Below, piece after piece: positions 15,000-26,049 of a DNA stretch of 64,000 nucleotides; within the stretch, counting starts at the first letter, position 1, and each line of letters starts with the position of its first letter. The DNA lies in contig NC_057758.1 of the NCBI RefSeq assembly GCF_004010195.1, forward strand, positions 5,904,150 through 5,968,149. Reading direction: 5' to 3'. A program made the translations under genes and the position numbers. The notes beneath the pieces were generated by a model. It saw only the letters and a list, made by a program, of their open reading frames with translations. It was not told where the DNA came from and ran no database searches. This DNA is from Chiloscyllium plagiosum (taxonomy: Eukaryota).

Positions 15000-15398
15000 A
15001 GGCAAAGGTGAGGACTGCAGATGCTGGAAACCAGAGGTTAGATCAGAGTGGTGCTGGAAAAGCACAGCAGGTCAGGCAGCATCCGAGGAGCAGGAAAATT
15101 GACGTTTTGGGCAAAAGACCTTCATCAGGAATGGAGGCAGGGAGCTTCTGGGGTGGAGAGATAAATGGGAGAGGTGTGGGGCTGGGGAGAAGGTAGCAAA
15201 GAGTACAATAGGTGAATGGAGGTGGGGATGGAGTTGATAGGTCAGAGAGGAGGGTGGGGGATGGTAGCAAATAATACAGTAGGTGAATGGGGGTGGGGAT
15301 GGAGGTGATAAGTCAAAGGGGAGGGTGGAACTTCCCACCTCTCAGCTCCACCCTCGCCTCTGACCTATCAACTCCATCCCCACCCCCATTCACCTACC
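15000..15398 (-). mobile_element. Penelope-derived insertion with internal inversion and mutated hammerhead core (15101-15128)
   Basis: Minus strand CTGATGA-AGGTCTTTTGCCC-AAAACGTC. 14-bp TSD GTGTTA(T/G)AAAGTTT at 14986-14999 and 15399-15412. 15330-15398 is an inverted copy of ~15205-15260. Confidence 0.8.
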
Positions 15399-15977
15399 GT
15401 GTTAGAAAGTTTGTCAATAACACAAAGGTTAGTGGAGTGGTGGATAGTGTGGAGGGCTGTTATAGTTTGCAAAAGGACATTGACAGAATACAGAACTGAG
15501 TTGATAAGTGGCAGATGGAGTTTAACCTGGAAAAGTGTGAAACGATTCATTTTGGAAGGTCAAATTTGAATGCAGATTACAGGGTTAAAGGCAGAATTCT
15601 TTGCAGTGTGGAGGAACAGAGGGATCTTGGGGTCCACATCCATAGATCTCTCAAAGTTGCCACCCAAGTTGATAGGGTTTTTAAGAAGGCATATGGTGTG
15701 TTGGCTTTCATTAACAGGAGGATTGAGTTTAAGAGCTGCGAGGTTATGCTGCAGCTCAATAAAGCCCTGGTTAAACCACACTTGGAATATTGCGTTAAGT
15801 TCTGGTTGCTTCATTATAGGAAAAATATGGAAGCTTTCAAGAGTGTGCAGAGGAGATTTACCAGGATGCTGCCTGGACTGGAGGGCATGTTTTATGAAGA
15901 AAGGTTGAGGGAGTTCGGGCTTTCTCATTGGAGTGAAGAAGGATGAGAGGTGACTTGATAGAGGCGTACAAGATGAT

Positions 15978-16134
15978 AGCTTAAAAATGTGTTGCTGGAA
16001 AAACGCAGCAGGTCAGGCAGCATCAAAGGAGAAGGAGAATCGACGTTTCGAGCATAAGCCCTTCTTCAGGAATCTTCAAGCCCAACACATTTTTAAGCTC
16101 TGATCTCCAGCATCTGCAGTCCTCACTTTCTCCA
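15978..16134. mobile_element. Penelope-derived mini-element with intact hammerhead core (- strand, 16042-16069)
   Basis: Minus strand CTGAAGA-A-GGGC-TTAT-GCTC-GAAACGTC. Perfect 13-bp TSD CGTACAAGATGAT at 15965-15977 and 16135-16147. Inverted pair AGCTTAAAAATGTGTTG / CAACACATTTTTAAGCT. Confidence 0.85.
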
Positions 16135-17879
16135 CGTACAAGATGATGACAGGCATAGATAGAGTGGATAGCCAGAACCTTTTTCCCAGGGCAGAAAGTG
16201 CATAATTTTAAGGTGGTTGGAGGAAGGTTTAGGGGAGATGTCAGAGTTAAATTCTTTACACAGAGAATGGTGGGGGCGTGGAATGCACTGCCAGCGGTGG
16301 TAGTAGAGTCAGATACATTAGGGACATTTAAGCAACTCTTGAATACGTAAATGGAGGATAATACAATGTAGAGTATATAGGTTAGTCTGATCTTATAATA
16401 TGATAAAAGGCCAGCACAGCATTGAGAGCTGAAGGGTCCATATTGTGCTGGACAGTTCTATGTTCTATGTTCTGTGTTCTATGGTCACTGGTCCCAAAGT
16501 GCTCCCCCAATGACACCTCCATCAACTGTCCTGCCCTATTTCCCAAGAGTATGTCATGTTTTGCCCCCTCCCCTGGCAGAGACTCAATACACTGTTTGAG
16601 GAAACGTTCCTGAATGCACTTAACAAATTCCAGCCCATCTAAGCTCTTAACGTTCTGGCAGTCCCAGTCTATGTTAGGAAAATTGAAATCCCTTACTATG
16701 ACAACCCTTTGCTCATGCAGGTCTCTCCATCTCCCTGCATATTTGTTCATCTAATTCCCATTGACTTTTTGGGAGCCTGTAGTTCAACCCCAATAAGGTC
16801 ACCATGCCCTTCTGATTTCTTAGCTCCATTCACAAAGCCTCACTGGATGACCCTTCAGTTATTTATTTTCTGACTACTGCCATGATACTCACCTTAATCA
16901 AAAATGCAACTCCCCCTCCCCTTCTTCCATCACCTCTGTGCTGCCAGTCCTGTCCCTCCCTGAACAATGTTTCTCTAATGGCTATAATATCCCAGTCCCA
17001 CATACCTATCCATGCCCTGTGTCATTGGCCTTACCTGTCAGCCCTCTTGCATTGAAATAAATGCAATTTAATTCAACAGGTATTCCTTGCTCCCTGCCAC
17101 ATTCCTGCCTGATCTGTCTCTTCAACTTACTATTTCTGATTACTCTATCTCCTTTGAGCCTCGCACTTGCCTCCCTGCTGTTGAGGCTCCCACCCACCTG
17201 CTAATCTACTTTAAACCCTCCCTTGTAGCACTAGACTCTGACCACAGCAGAAAGCCCCAGTGTAAAAAATAACTGCAAAGTCTGTCAGAGCGCAAGGTTG
17301 CAACTTCACCAAGAGAGGAAGTGAAAGAAAGAGCTCGGAGCAGCTGGACGTTTGTTACTGAGACGAGAAAAAACTGTGAACCGTCTGCACTCCCTGGAAT
17401 CTGACAGCACAGGAGGATGGCCATTCAGTCCATCATGGCTGTGAATGACCCAAATAGTCCCACTGCCCCTCTCTCTTCACATCACCAAGCAGGTCTTTCC
17501 TTCTCAACTCGAATTCCAATTCCCTCTTATTGACCTGGGTCCACAGCACAAGACTCCCCTAACCTGGGCTCCCAATTAACATCTCATTCACTCATTGGGA
17601 AACAAACTGCCTGGCCTGGGAAATGGAGCTCAGGACACTGAACAGTCCCTCCCCCCCTGCTGAGGTACACTTCATGCTGGGGGTCAGTTTCACGGAGTCT
17701 GAAAGTACATTCCAAATTCACCCAAATTCCCATTCTGTGTGTGGAATGCTCAAGCCTGTCTTCAAGATATCCCATGGCAGGAGCCATCACCATTCTGTTC
17801 AATTCTGTCCCACTGTTCTAAGTTCGATAGACTTTGAACAAATCCAGCAAGTTAAAAATGTGAACTATGAAGCACTGTG

Positions 17880-19855
17880 GGACAACAAAAGCAGCACAAT
17901 TGTACTTCAGTACAAAGTGCAACATCATGGCCCATTGTAATCCCCCATCTACAAATTATCATCAAGCCAGGGGATCAACCCTGGTTCAGTGGAGAGTACA
18001 GGAGGGCATGTCAGGAGCAGCACCAGCCATACCTGAAGATGAGTTGTCAATCTGGTGAAGTTACCAAATAGGACCACTTGCTAAACAACACATGCTGCAA
18101 GTTTATAGACCAAGCTAAGCAATCCCAAACCAATGGATCAGATCTAAGCTCTGTTGTCCTGCCACATTATGAATGGTGGTGGACAATCAAACAATTCAGT
18201 GAAGGAGGAGGCTCCACAAATATACCCATCTTCACTGACGGAGGAGCCCAACACATCCAGAGCAAAAGGTAAGACAGAAGCATTCACAACAATCTTCTGC
18301 CAGAAATGCTAAGTGGTTGATCCGTCTCGGCCTTCTCCAGTGGTCCCCAGATATCAGTGTTCAACCAATTTGATTCATTCCATGTGATGTCAAGAAATGA
18401 TTGATAGCACTGGATACTGCAAAGGCTACATGCCCTGACAAAATTTCAGCAATAGCACTGAAAATATGTGCTCCACAAACAGCCACTCCCTGAGCCAAAC
18501 TGTTCCAACAACATTGGCATGGACCCAGCAATGTGGAAGTTTGCTCAGGTAGTCCCTGTATATAAAAAGCCCGATAAATCCCACCTGGCATATCAGTCTG
18601 CTCTCGATCATCAGCAAATTGATGGAAGTTGTCATCAACAGTGCTATCAAGCAGCATCTGCTGAGCAATAGCCTGCTCAGTGACACACAGTTTGGATTCC
18701 ATCAGGGGCCACTCAGTTCCTGACCTCCTTACAAGTTTGATCCATCATGGACAAGAGAGCTGAATTCCAGGTGAGGTGAGAGTGACAACCCTTGACATCA
18801 AGGTCGTAATCGACTGAATGTGGCATCAAGGAGCCCTGATATACCTGACACATAGGAAGATGGTCATAGTTGTTGGAGGTCAGTCACTTTACCTCCAGGA
18901 TATTTCTGCAGGAGTTCCTCAGGCTCCTGTCCTCAGCCCAACTATCTTCAGTTGCTTTATCAATGACCTTCCCTCCATCATATGTTCACAAGTGGGAATG
19001 TTTGTCAATGATTGCACAGCATTCAGCACCATTTGCAAACCCTCAGATACTGAAGCAGTCCATGTACAAAAACAGCAAGACCTGGACAATATCCCGACTT
19101 GAGCTGATGTGTGGCAAGGAACATTCACACCGTAAAAAGGCCAAATAGTGGCTCTCGCCATCAAGACAGAATTTAGCCATCATCACTTGAAATTTAATGG
19201 CCTTACTGTCACTGAATTTCTCACTACCAACATCTTAATTGTTAATAGAAACACAAATGAGCTCACCAAATCGTTAGAATGGCTTCATGAGAAGGTCAGA
19301 GGCTCATCTCCTGACTCCCCAAAGCCTATCCTCTATCTACAAGGAACAAGTCAGGCATGGAATACTCCCCACTTGCCTGGATAAGTGCAACCCCAATAAC
19401 ATTCAAGAAGCTTGACACCATCCAGTGCAAAGCAACCTGCTTTATTTGCACCACAAATATCCATTCCATCCACCAGCAACACTCTGTATCAGCAGTGTGG
19501 ACCATCGACAAGATGCACTGCAGAAGTATATCAAAGCTCCTTAGATAGCACCTTCCAAACCCATGACCACTTCTATCTAGAGAGACAAGGGCAGCAGATA
19601 CTTTGGAACAGCACCACCTGAAAGTTTCCCTCCAAGCTATTGACCACCGTGACTTGGAAATATATCGGTGTTCCTTCACTGTCGCTGGGTCAAAATCTTG
19701 GAAATCCCTCCCTCAGGGCATTGTGGGTCTACATGCAGAACATGGACTGCAGCAGTGCAAAAAGACAGCTCATCACCATCTTCTCAAGGGCATTTCAGGG
19801 TGGGGATAAATACTAGCCCAGATAGCAACACACACATCCCATGTATTAATTTAAA
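17880..19855 (+). mobile_element. L2/CR1-group LINE of a second family, 5'-truncated RT remnant
   Basis: WKFAQVVPVYKK, GVPQAPVLSPTIFSCFINDLP, MEYSPLAW...LDTIQCKA, KSWKSLP. 3' tail GGGATAAATACTAGCC...CACATCCCATG. Confidence 0.8.
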
Positions 19856-20449
19856 GGATTTATTAAAATACAAGCAACAAGATTGGGAAATGGAAATCAG
19901 GGTTCTAAGCATTCCCTCTGCCATCCTGAGGTCTATGTTTACTGGTTTCTATTTGAATGTCCAGTGGGAAACAGTGATCATGGTGAGTGTGGGGCTCAGT
20001 TCCTTTCTGTTGTTTCTTATTGTCCAGCCCTTATCCCAGGAAAATACCCTGACATAGAGCCTGATCGTGGAAGGTGAAGGAGAGGGGAAGGGATTGGGTC
20101 ATGTTGTAAATGGAGAGGATGGGTCAGTGGGTCAGAGCCTGTCCTTTCCCTCCAGCTCACACTGATGGCCTGAGGATCTCCTCTCTCTCCTGGGCCTGCA
20201 TGGAATGAGCTTTGTGTCCAAACCAGTCCCCAGTGAGAATAGGCCAACAGCACAGAACCGCCCTTCATTTGACAAGAATCTGCCTGTCTTCCTGAGAGAT
20301 CAAACTCTGGTCAATGTGAGAAATGAGGCCTCACTCCAGGAGATGACATGCTTCTGGGGTCAGGGGTTAACATCAGTTAGAGGGGCTGAGCAGAGGGAGA
20401 TTTACCTTGCATTTAACTATTGCCATTAACAACACTGTGGGAAGGAGCG

Positions 20450-20975
20450 CGACAGAAAGAGATAGATAGAGAGAGAGAGACAGGCAGACAGAAAGAGATG
20501 GATGGAGAATGTGTGTGAGACAAGTGGGGTGGAGGAGCATCTGAAAAAGAGTGAGATTGGGGGAGGGGGTGAGAGAGAGGGTAGGGTTCAGTGTGATCGA
20601 GAGAGACGGACAGACAGACAGGAGCAGGAGATGAGACAGAATGACACAGAAGGAGAGAAAACTGTGAATGAAGGGATATAAAGAGGGAGAAAGAGAGAAA
20701 GTAGGAGGAATAGAAAGGGACTGATACTCAAGTGGAGGCTTTTAACTGGAGCGAGAGAAGGAGCGAGTGAGGAAAATGGAGTGAGAGATGGAGAAATGGA
20801 AACAGACTGAGGGAGAGTGAGAAAGTTGGAGAGACTAACTATGAGACAGAATGAGAGAGAGAGAGAATACGAGAGAAACTGAGAAAGGGTGAGAGAGAAA
20901 GAGGTGGTAGATGTGAGACAGCAAGAGAGGGAGAGAGACAGAGAGAGAGAAAGAGAGAGACAAAGGGAGAGACAG
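20450..20975. repeat. Degenerate (GA)n purine-rich simple repeat
   Basis: Long GAGA/GACA tract. Confidence 0.9.
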
Positions 20976-20979
20976 GTTC

Positions 20980-21890
20980 TGGTTACCACACTTTCAGCAG
21001 GATGTGATTGAAAGTGAGAAGGTGTGGAAGAGATTTCCCAGGTTGCAGCCTGGCCTAGAGGGTCTGAGCTATGAGGAAAGATTAGAAAGACTGGGGTTGT
21101 TTTCCTTGGAGCAGTGAAGGATGAGAGGGGACATGATAGAGGGGTATAAGATTATGAGGGGTAGAGGTAGAGTGGATAGGAAGGCACTATTTCCACATGT
21201 GGAGGGGTCAGTAACCAAAGGCACAGATTGAAGTTAATAGACATGGACATATAGAAACCTAGAACAAGTGTAGGCCATTCAGCCCTTTTGAGTCTGCTCT
21301 GTCATTCAGTATGATCATGGCTGATTCTCTCTCTCAAAGCCATATTCCTGCTTTCTCCCCATTCCCCTTGATCCTGATAAAACGTCTTTTTTTCTTGAAT
21401 ATATTCAATGTCCTGTCCTCCACAGCCTTCTGTGTGAGAGAATTCCACAGATTGACCATCCTCTGAGTGAAGAAATGTTTCCTCATCTCAGTCCTAAATG
21501 GTCTATCCCATTTCCCACGAGACTGTGTCCCCTGGTTCCAGACTCCCCAACCAGGGGAAACCTCCTCTCTACATCGAGTCAGTCCAGCCCTGTTGGAATC
21601 ATATACATTTCAATCCTTGCAAACCTCAGTGAATCCAAGCCCAGTTGAGGAATGAGGCTGAGAGGAAAATTGAGAAGAAATGTTTTCATCCAGAGGGTGG
21701 TGGGAGTCTGGAACTCACCGCCTGAAAGGCTGGTTGACTCACAAACTCTCGGAACATTGAAGGAATATTTAGGTATTCACTTGTCTTGCTGTAGCCTCCA
21801 GGGCTATGGATCAAGAGCTGGAGAATGAGATTAGTGTCATCAGTTCATTGTTGACCAGCACAGAAGCAATGAGTCAAATGGTCTTATTCA
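20980..21890 (+). mobile_element. CR1 3' fragment with an opposite-strand CR1 3' fragment nested at ~21240-21650
   Basis: GAGCTATGAGGAAAGATTAG...GGGGTTGTTTTCCTTGGAGC on +; GTAGGCCATTCAGCCC...CTGAGTGAAGAAATG on the opposite strand. Confidence 0.7.
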
Positions 21891-21982
21891 GTTTGTTCAC
21901 TTCAATGACTGTCTGAGACAGAGAGAGAGAGAGAGAGAAGAGGAAGTGTGAGGGACTGACGTGGCTCTCTCTGCCTGATGCC

Positions 21983-21990
21983 ATTTACAT
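21983..21990 (+). promoter_or_regulatory. Ig light-chain promoter octamer, variant ATTTACAT (consensus ATTTGCAT)
   Basis: 7/8 match in light-chain orientation, 40 bp upstream of TATAAA and ~100 bp upstream of the ATG. Confidence 0.7.
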
Positions 21991-22030
21991 ACTGAGGAAC
22001 ACCCAGTCAGACTCTCACAGGCTGCAGCTT

Positions 22031-22036
22031 TATAAA
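22031..22036 (+). promoter_or_regulatory. TATA box of the V-kappa promoter
   Basis: TATAAA starting 60 bp upstream of the leader ATG. Confidence 0.75.
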
Positions 22037-22090
22037 GCAGAGCCAAGTGAAGGGAGAGTTTATCAGGAACCAGGGACAGGAGCACACACC

Positions 22091-22139
22091 ATGATTTCAC
22101 ACATCCAGCTGATCTGGCCCCTGGCATTCTGTGTTGCAG
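22091..22139 (+). CDS. IGKV: Ig kappa (type III/NS4-like) light chain leader exon
   Basis: ACC-ATG context; MISHIQLIWPLAFCVA(G); phase-1 GT donor at 22140; splices in frame to the AG acceptor at 22324-22325. Confidence 0.92.
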
Positions 22140-22325
22140 GTACAAATCTCTCTCCTTCCACCTTGAATCTTTAGCTGCTCTCCATTTCACTCCAATTCTA
22201 CTGACTTGTGATTGAAGGAAAAATGCTGAAACCAGAGGAATGCTCAGTGTCTCCAACAATCTCTCATTTGACAGGCTCTTTCTGTGACAGTTCTGACTTC
22301 ACTGTGTTTCTCTCTGACCCCTCAG

Positions 22326-22624
22326 GTATCAGTGGGGACATCATCATGAGCCAGTCTCCCCCGGTGCTGTCAGTGAGACTGGGACAGACTGCAACCATCA
22401 CCTGTACGGCCAGTCAAAATATTGATGATGATCTTTCCTGGTACCAGCAGCGAGAAGGTCAGAAGCCCAGTCTCCTAATCTATGGTGCAACAACTCGATT
22501 CACAGGAGTCTCTGAGCGATTCACCGGCAGTGGATACGATATAGAATTCACCCTGACAATCAGTAATGTACAGGAATTGGATGTTGGTGACTATTATTGT
22601 ATGCAAGATGAAGCCTACCCTCTA
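22326..22624 (+). CDS. IGKV: Ig kappa light chain V segment (germline, unrearranged, open frame)
   Basis: GISG/DIIMSQSPPVLSVRLGQTATITC-TASQNIDDDLS-WYQQREGQKPSLLIY-GATTRFT-GVSERFTGSG...FTLTISNVQELDVGDYYC-MQDEAYPL. Both Cys and the Trp are conserved; followed directly by a 12-RSS. Confidence 0.96.
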
Positions 22625-22652
22625 CACAGTGATACAGAGCCATACAAAAACC
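22625..22652 (+). other. V recombination signal sequence, 12-bp spacer (kappa configuration)
   Basis: CACAGTG-atacagagccat-ACAAAAACC; heptamer and nonamer are both consensus. Confidence 0.98.
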
Positions 22653-22964
22653 TGAGTAGACAGAGGATCATCTCCTGCATTTACACATACCACAGTTACA
22701 TAAAATATATAATAATAGACACACAGTCCCACCTCCTGTACTGACAAATTCATAGCTTATATATAAATGAAACTGAACAAATTATCCCATGCTGGGATTG
22801 TCACGGTCCACTACACACTCCAGTCCCTGTGGTGTCCACCGTTCACTGACGGCCTCAAGTTTCCCTCTTCCACTCCATGGCTACATGGGAAGAGCAGCTG
22901 CAAGATTTAACATCGAAAAATAAATTTCACAAACTGCACAAGCTCAGCTGGAAACAACTTAGTG

Positions 22965-23137
22965 TGAGAGAGATAGAGAGAAGAGAGAGAAAGAATGAGA
23001 GAAAAGGAGAGAAAGAAAGACATGAGCGAAACAGAGAGACAGTGAGAGACAACAAAGAGACAAGGAGAAGGTGAGAATGGTTGAGACAGACAGAGAGAGG
23101 GAGAGGGTGAGAGAAACAGACAGAAGCAGAGAGCAGA
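22965..23137. repeat. GA-rich simple repeat in the V-J interval, abutting the J nonamer
   Basis: GAGA/GACA tract. Confidence 0.85.
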
Positions 23138-23176
23138 GGTTTTTGTGCAGCCTCTGCACTGGGAGCTCTCACTGTG
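23138..23176 (-). other. J recombination signal sequence, 23-bp spacer
   Basis: On +: GGTTTTTGT-(23 nt)-CACTGTG; both elements consensus. Confidence 0.98.
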
Positions 23177-23211
23177 GTACACGTTCGGTAAAGGAACCAA
23201 GCTCAGACTGA
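23177..23211 (+). CDS. IGKJ: Ig kappa J segment
   Basis: YTFGKGTKLRL with FGxG motif; phase-1 GTAAGT donor at 23212. Confidence 0.97.
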
Positions 23212-23649
23212 GTAAGTAAAGCTCAATCCTCTGTTATTAACCCTGTCAAACATAATTTCTAAAACACAAATGTTGAATTGTTGAAGGTGTTAGTGGGGAG
23301 CTGCAGTGAATGAAATAGTTGATTGAGGAGCACTGTGTCTAACAGGGTGTCCAGCTGTATTTCTTTAGTTCTGTTGCTCCCTTTAAAAAAACAAGATATA
23401 AGTCAGTCAGTTTTACTCACCGTGTGGAGGAGCTCTGTCCATTTGCAGCCTGTGGTCCCATTCCTGCAGCATGGAGTGAAATCAGTGAGTAGCCTCCTGC
23501 CAGTCTCAGTGTGACGGACACAGGCAGAGTTTGATGTGAGCTCTGGCTCCCTGTCCTAGTCTCTGATCTCACTGACCTCAGCAGCAGCAGCAGCAGCACA
23601 GTGAGACACCGAGCTCCCACCTCCCCCAGCTTTAACTCTGCTTAATTAC

Positions 23650-24140
23650 ACAATCACAGAATTGTTACAGCATATAAGGAGGCCATTCTGCCCATCTTGT
23701 CTGCACTGGCTCTCTGAATGCGCAATTCACTGAGTGTCATTCTCCTGCCTTCTCCCTGTCACCCTGCACATTGATCCTTTTCAAATAACATTCTCATTCC
23801 CTTCAGAATGTTTCAATTGAAGCTGCCTCCACCACACTCTCAGGCAGTGCATTCCACACCTTAACCACTCACTGGCTGAAAATGTTTTTCCTTATTTGAC
23901 TTTTGCTTCTTTTACCAATCACTTCCAATCTGTGGCCTCTTGCTCTCAATCCTTTCATGAATGGGAACATTTTTTCCCCGTTTGCTCTGATCAAACCCGT
24001 CCTGATTTTGAATTCCTCGAACAAATCCCCTCTCAGCCATCTCTTCTCCAGTCTATCTTCATAACGGAGGTTTCTCATTCCTGGAACAATCTTTGGAAAT
24101 GTTTTCTACCCTCGCTACAAAACATTGACATCCTCCTGAA
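23650..24140 (-). mobile_element. CR1 3' fragment in the J-C intron
   Basis: Minus ORF MRNLRYEDRLEKR...RGDLFEEFKI...TRGH-like. Confidence 0.75.
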
Positions 24141-24224
24141 TTATTTACATTATCTCACCCCATCAGGATTTCACAAACCTCTATCTGGTCACTCCTCAGC
24201 TTCCTGTACTTCAGGGTCCAGCCT

Positions 24225-25360
24225 CTCATAGTCATTGAGTTGTATAGCACTGAAATAGACCCTTCGGTCCAATTCGTCTGTGCCGACCAGATATCCTAAA
24301 CTGATCGAGTCCCCTTTGCCAGTATTTGGCCCATATCCCTCAAAATGCTTCCTATTCATGTGTACATCCAAATGTCTTTTAAATGCTGTAATTTTATGCG
24401 CCACATTCACTTCCTCTGGCAGCTTGTTCTATATATGCAGCACCCTCTGCATGAAAATGTTACTCCTCGGTACCCTTTTGAATCTTCCGCTCTCCTCTTA
24501 AACCTATGCCTCCAGATTTGGACTCGCCCGTCTTAGGGAAAAGACCTTAGCTGTTTACCCTTTCTGTGCCCCTCGTGGTTTTTTAAATCTCTGTAAGGTC
24601 ACCTCTGAGCCCCAGACCATTCAGTCTCTCCCTCTTGCTCAAACCTTCCACTCCTGGTAAAATCCTTGTAAATATTTTCTGCACCCTTTCCTGTTTAATA
24701 ACATCCTTCCTGTGTATCCGAACTGCTAGGACTCTGTTCGACAACACTCCCCAGGGCCTTACTATTAATCCCCAGGGCCCTACCATTAATCCCCAGGGTC
24801 CTACCATTAATCCACAGGCCCTACCATTAACTGTGTAAATCCTGCCTTTCCAAAATGCAACATCTTGCACTTATCTAAATTGAACACCATCTGTCACTCC
24901 TCAGCCATTGGCCGAACTGATCAAGGTCCTGCTGTACTGTGAGATAATCTTCTTCATTATCCACTTCACCACCAATTTTGATGTAATCTGCAAACTTACT
25001 AAATTTACCTACTATATTCACATCAAGATCATTTATTTAAATCATGAAAATAGTGGACCCAGCACCGATATTTATGGCACATCACTGGTCACAGACTTCC
25101 AGTCCAAAACGCAGCCCTCTACCACCACTCTTTGTCTCCTACCTCAAGTCAATTTTTTATCCAAATGACTAGCTCAACCTGGAACTCATGTGACCTAACC
25201 TTCCTACTCATTCTACCATGGCTAACCTTGTCAAATGCTTTGTTAAAATCCAGGTGGACAATGTCAATTGCTCTGCCTTCATCAATCTTCTTTGTTTCCT
25301 CTTCAAAAAAACTCAATCAAGTTAGTGAGACATGATTTCCAATCCACAAAGCCACATTGA
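24225..25360 (-). mobile_element. CR1 RT/3' fragment containing a 4x 21-bp tandem expansion (~24749-24831)
   Basis: ERVQKIFTRILPGVEGLS..ERL, FKRHLDVHMN; repeat unit CCCCAGGGCCCTACCATTAAT. Confidence 0.85.
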
Positions 25361-26049
25361 CTATCCCTTTGGGTACTCCAGTTTCCTCCCACAGTCCAAA
25401 GATGTCTAAGTTAGATGGATTGGTCATGCTAAATTGCCCAAAGTGGACAGGAATGTGCAGGTTAAGTGAATTAGCCATCTTTAAGGGGACCTATTCACTC
25501 CCTAGTTACACTTTTGCCCTTTTCTTATTTACAATATTTCGACCACTTCTGTCTCAAAACAGCCAGGAATTGAGTGCCATTCCTCAAATATACCTCGACT
25601 GTCCCTGAACTACGATCTCTATTATTCACTTCAGGACTTTGCTGCAACCTTTAACCCCAGTTCATTCACACTGATGTGTTCTTACCCAACGGAAGTCTGT
25701 GTTTTCCCAAGTGAATCATTTCGAATCTGGATTGTCCTTTTTTCCTTTTCCATGGTCACCCTCAACCTTATGATACAATGATTACTCTTCCCTTAATGTC
25801 CTCTCACTGACACTTGATCTACTTGGGCCTCCTCATTCCCAAGATCCAGGTATAACAGAGCCTCCTTTCTCATTGGACTGGAAACACACGGCTGGAGAAA
25901 GTTCACCTGAGCACCCTCTCACAACACTGGCCCCTCTCTGCCCCCCTTCACAATGATACTATCCAGTCTATGAGGATAATTAAAGCTCTTCCCCTCCCCA
26001 CCCCCCCAGCCACCCTATTTATAACAACTCTACGTAGTGATTTGACAGA

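Larger units (their letters stand above)
12276..16480 (+). mobile_element. Near full-length CR1 LINE (ORF1 zinc-finger/SGNH esterase; ORF2 endonuclease plus RT), frameshifted
   Basis: CKKC, IGDSIV, CLPGARVRDV, VVHISTNDI (esterase); YFNSRSVRNK; WRVANVIPLFKKG, NYRPVSLTSVVGK, SQHSFVRSRSCLTN; (TTCTATG)n tail; TSD ATGGTC at 12270-12275 and 16481-16486. Confidence 0.93.
9720..17240 (-). mobile_element. CR1 LINE (outer element; endonuclease and RT remnants), interrupted by an HE1 SINE and by a second CR1
   Basis: Minus-strand ORF pieces: INKFADDTKIGG, SQHGFESGRSCLTNLLEF, DFNFPNIDW, IYFNARGLTGKA. GEHFGTSDH (at ~16486) continues as HSINFKIVMERD (at ~12270) across the inner insertion. Confidence 0.9.

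Noticed and set aside
20588-20989. Ser/Leu-rich ORFs, and the Cys/Val- or His/Thr-rich ORFs at 38287-38848
   Set aside because: Translations of GA and TG microsatellites.
22208-22744. 178-aa ORF taken as the V gene product
   Set aside because: It starts in the leader intron and reads through the RSS. The real coding parts are 22091-22139 and 22326-22624.
23417-23620. Minus-strand ORF with signal-peptide-like GARCLTVLLLLLLRS
   Set aside because: It starts at GTG rather than ATG, the poly-Leu is just a (CTG)6 repeat, and I found no downstream exon. Kept only as part of the intron finding.
24749-24831. Regularly spaced direct repeats as a CRISPR-like array (also 61117-61365)
   Set aside because: Head-to-tail tandem units with no unique spacers, no cas genes, vertebrate context.
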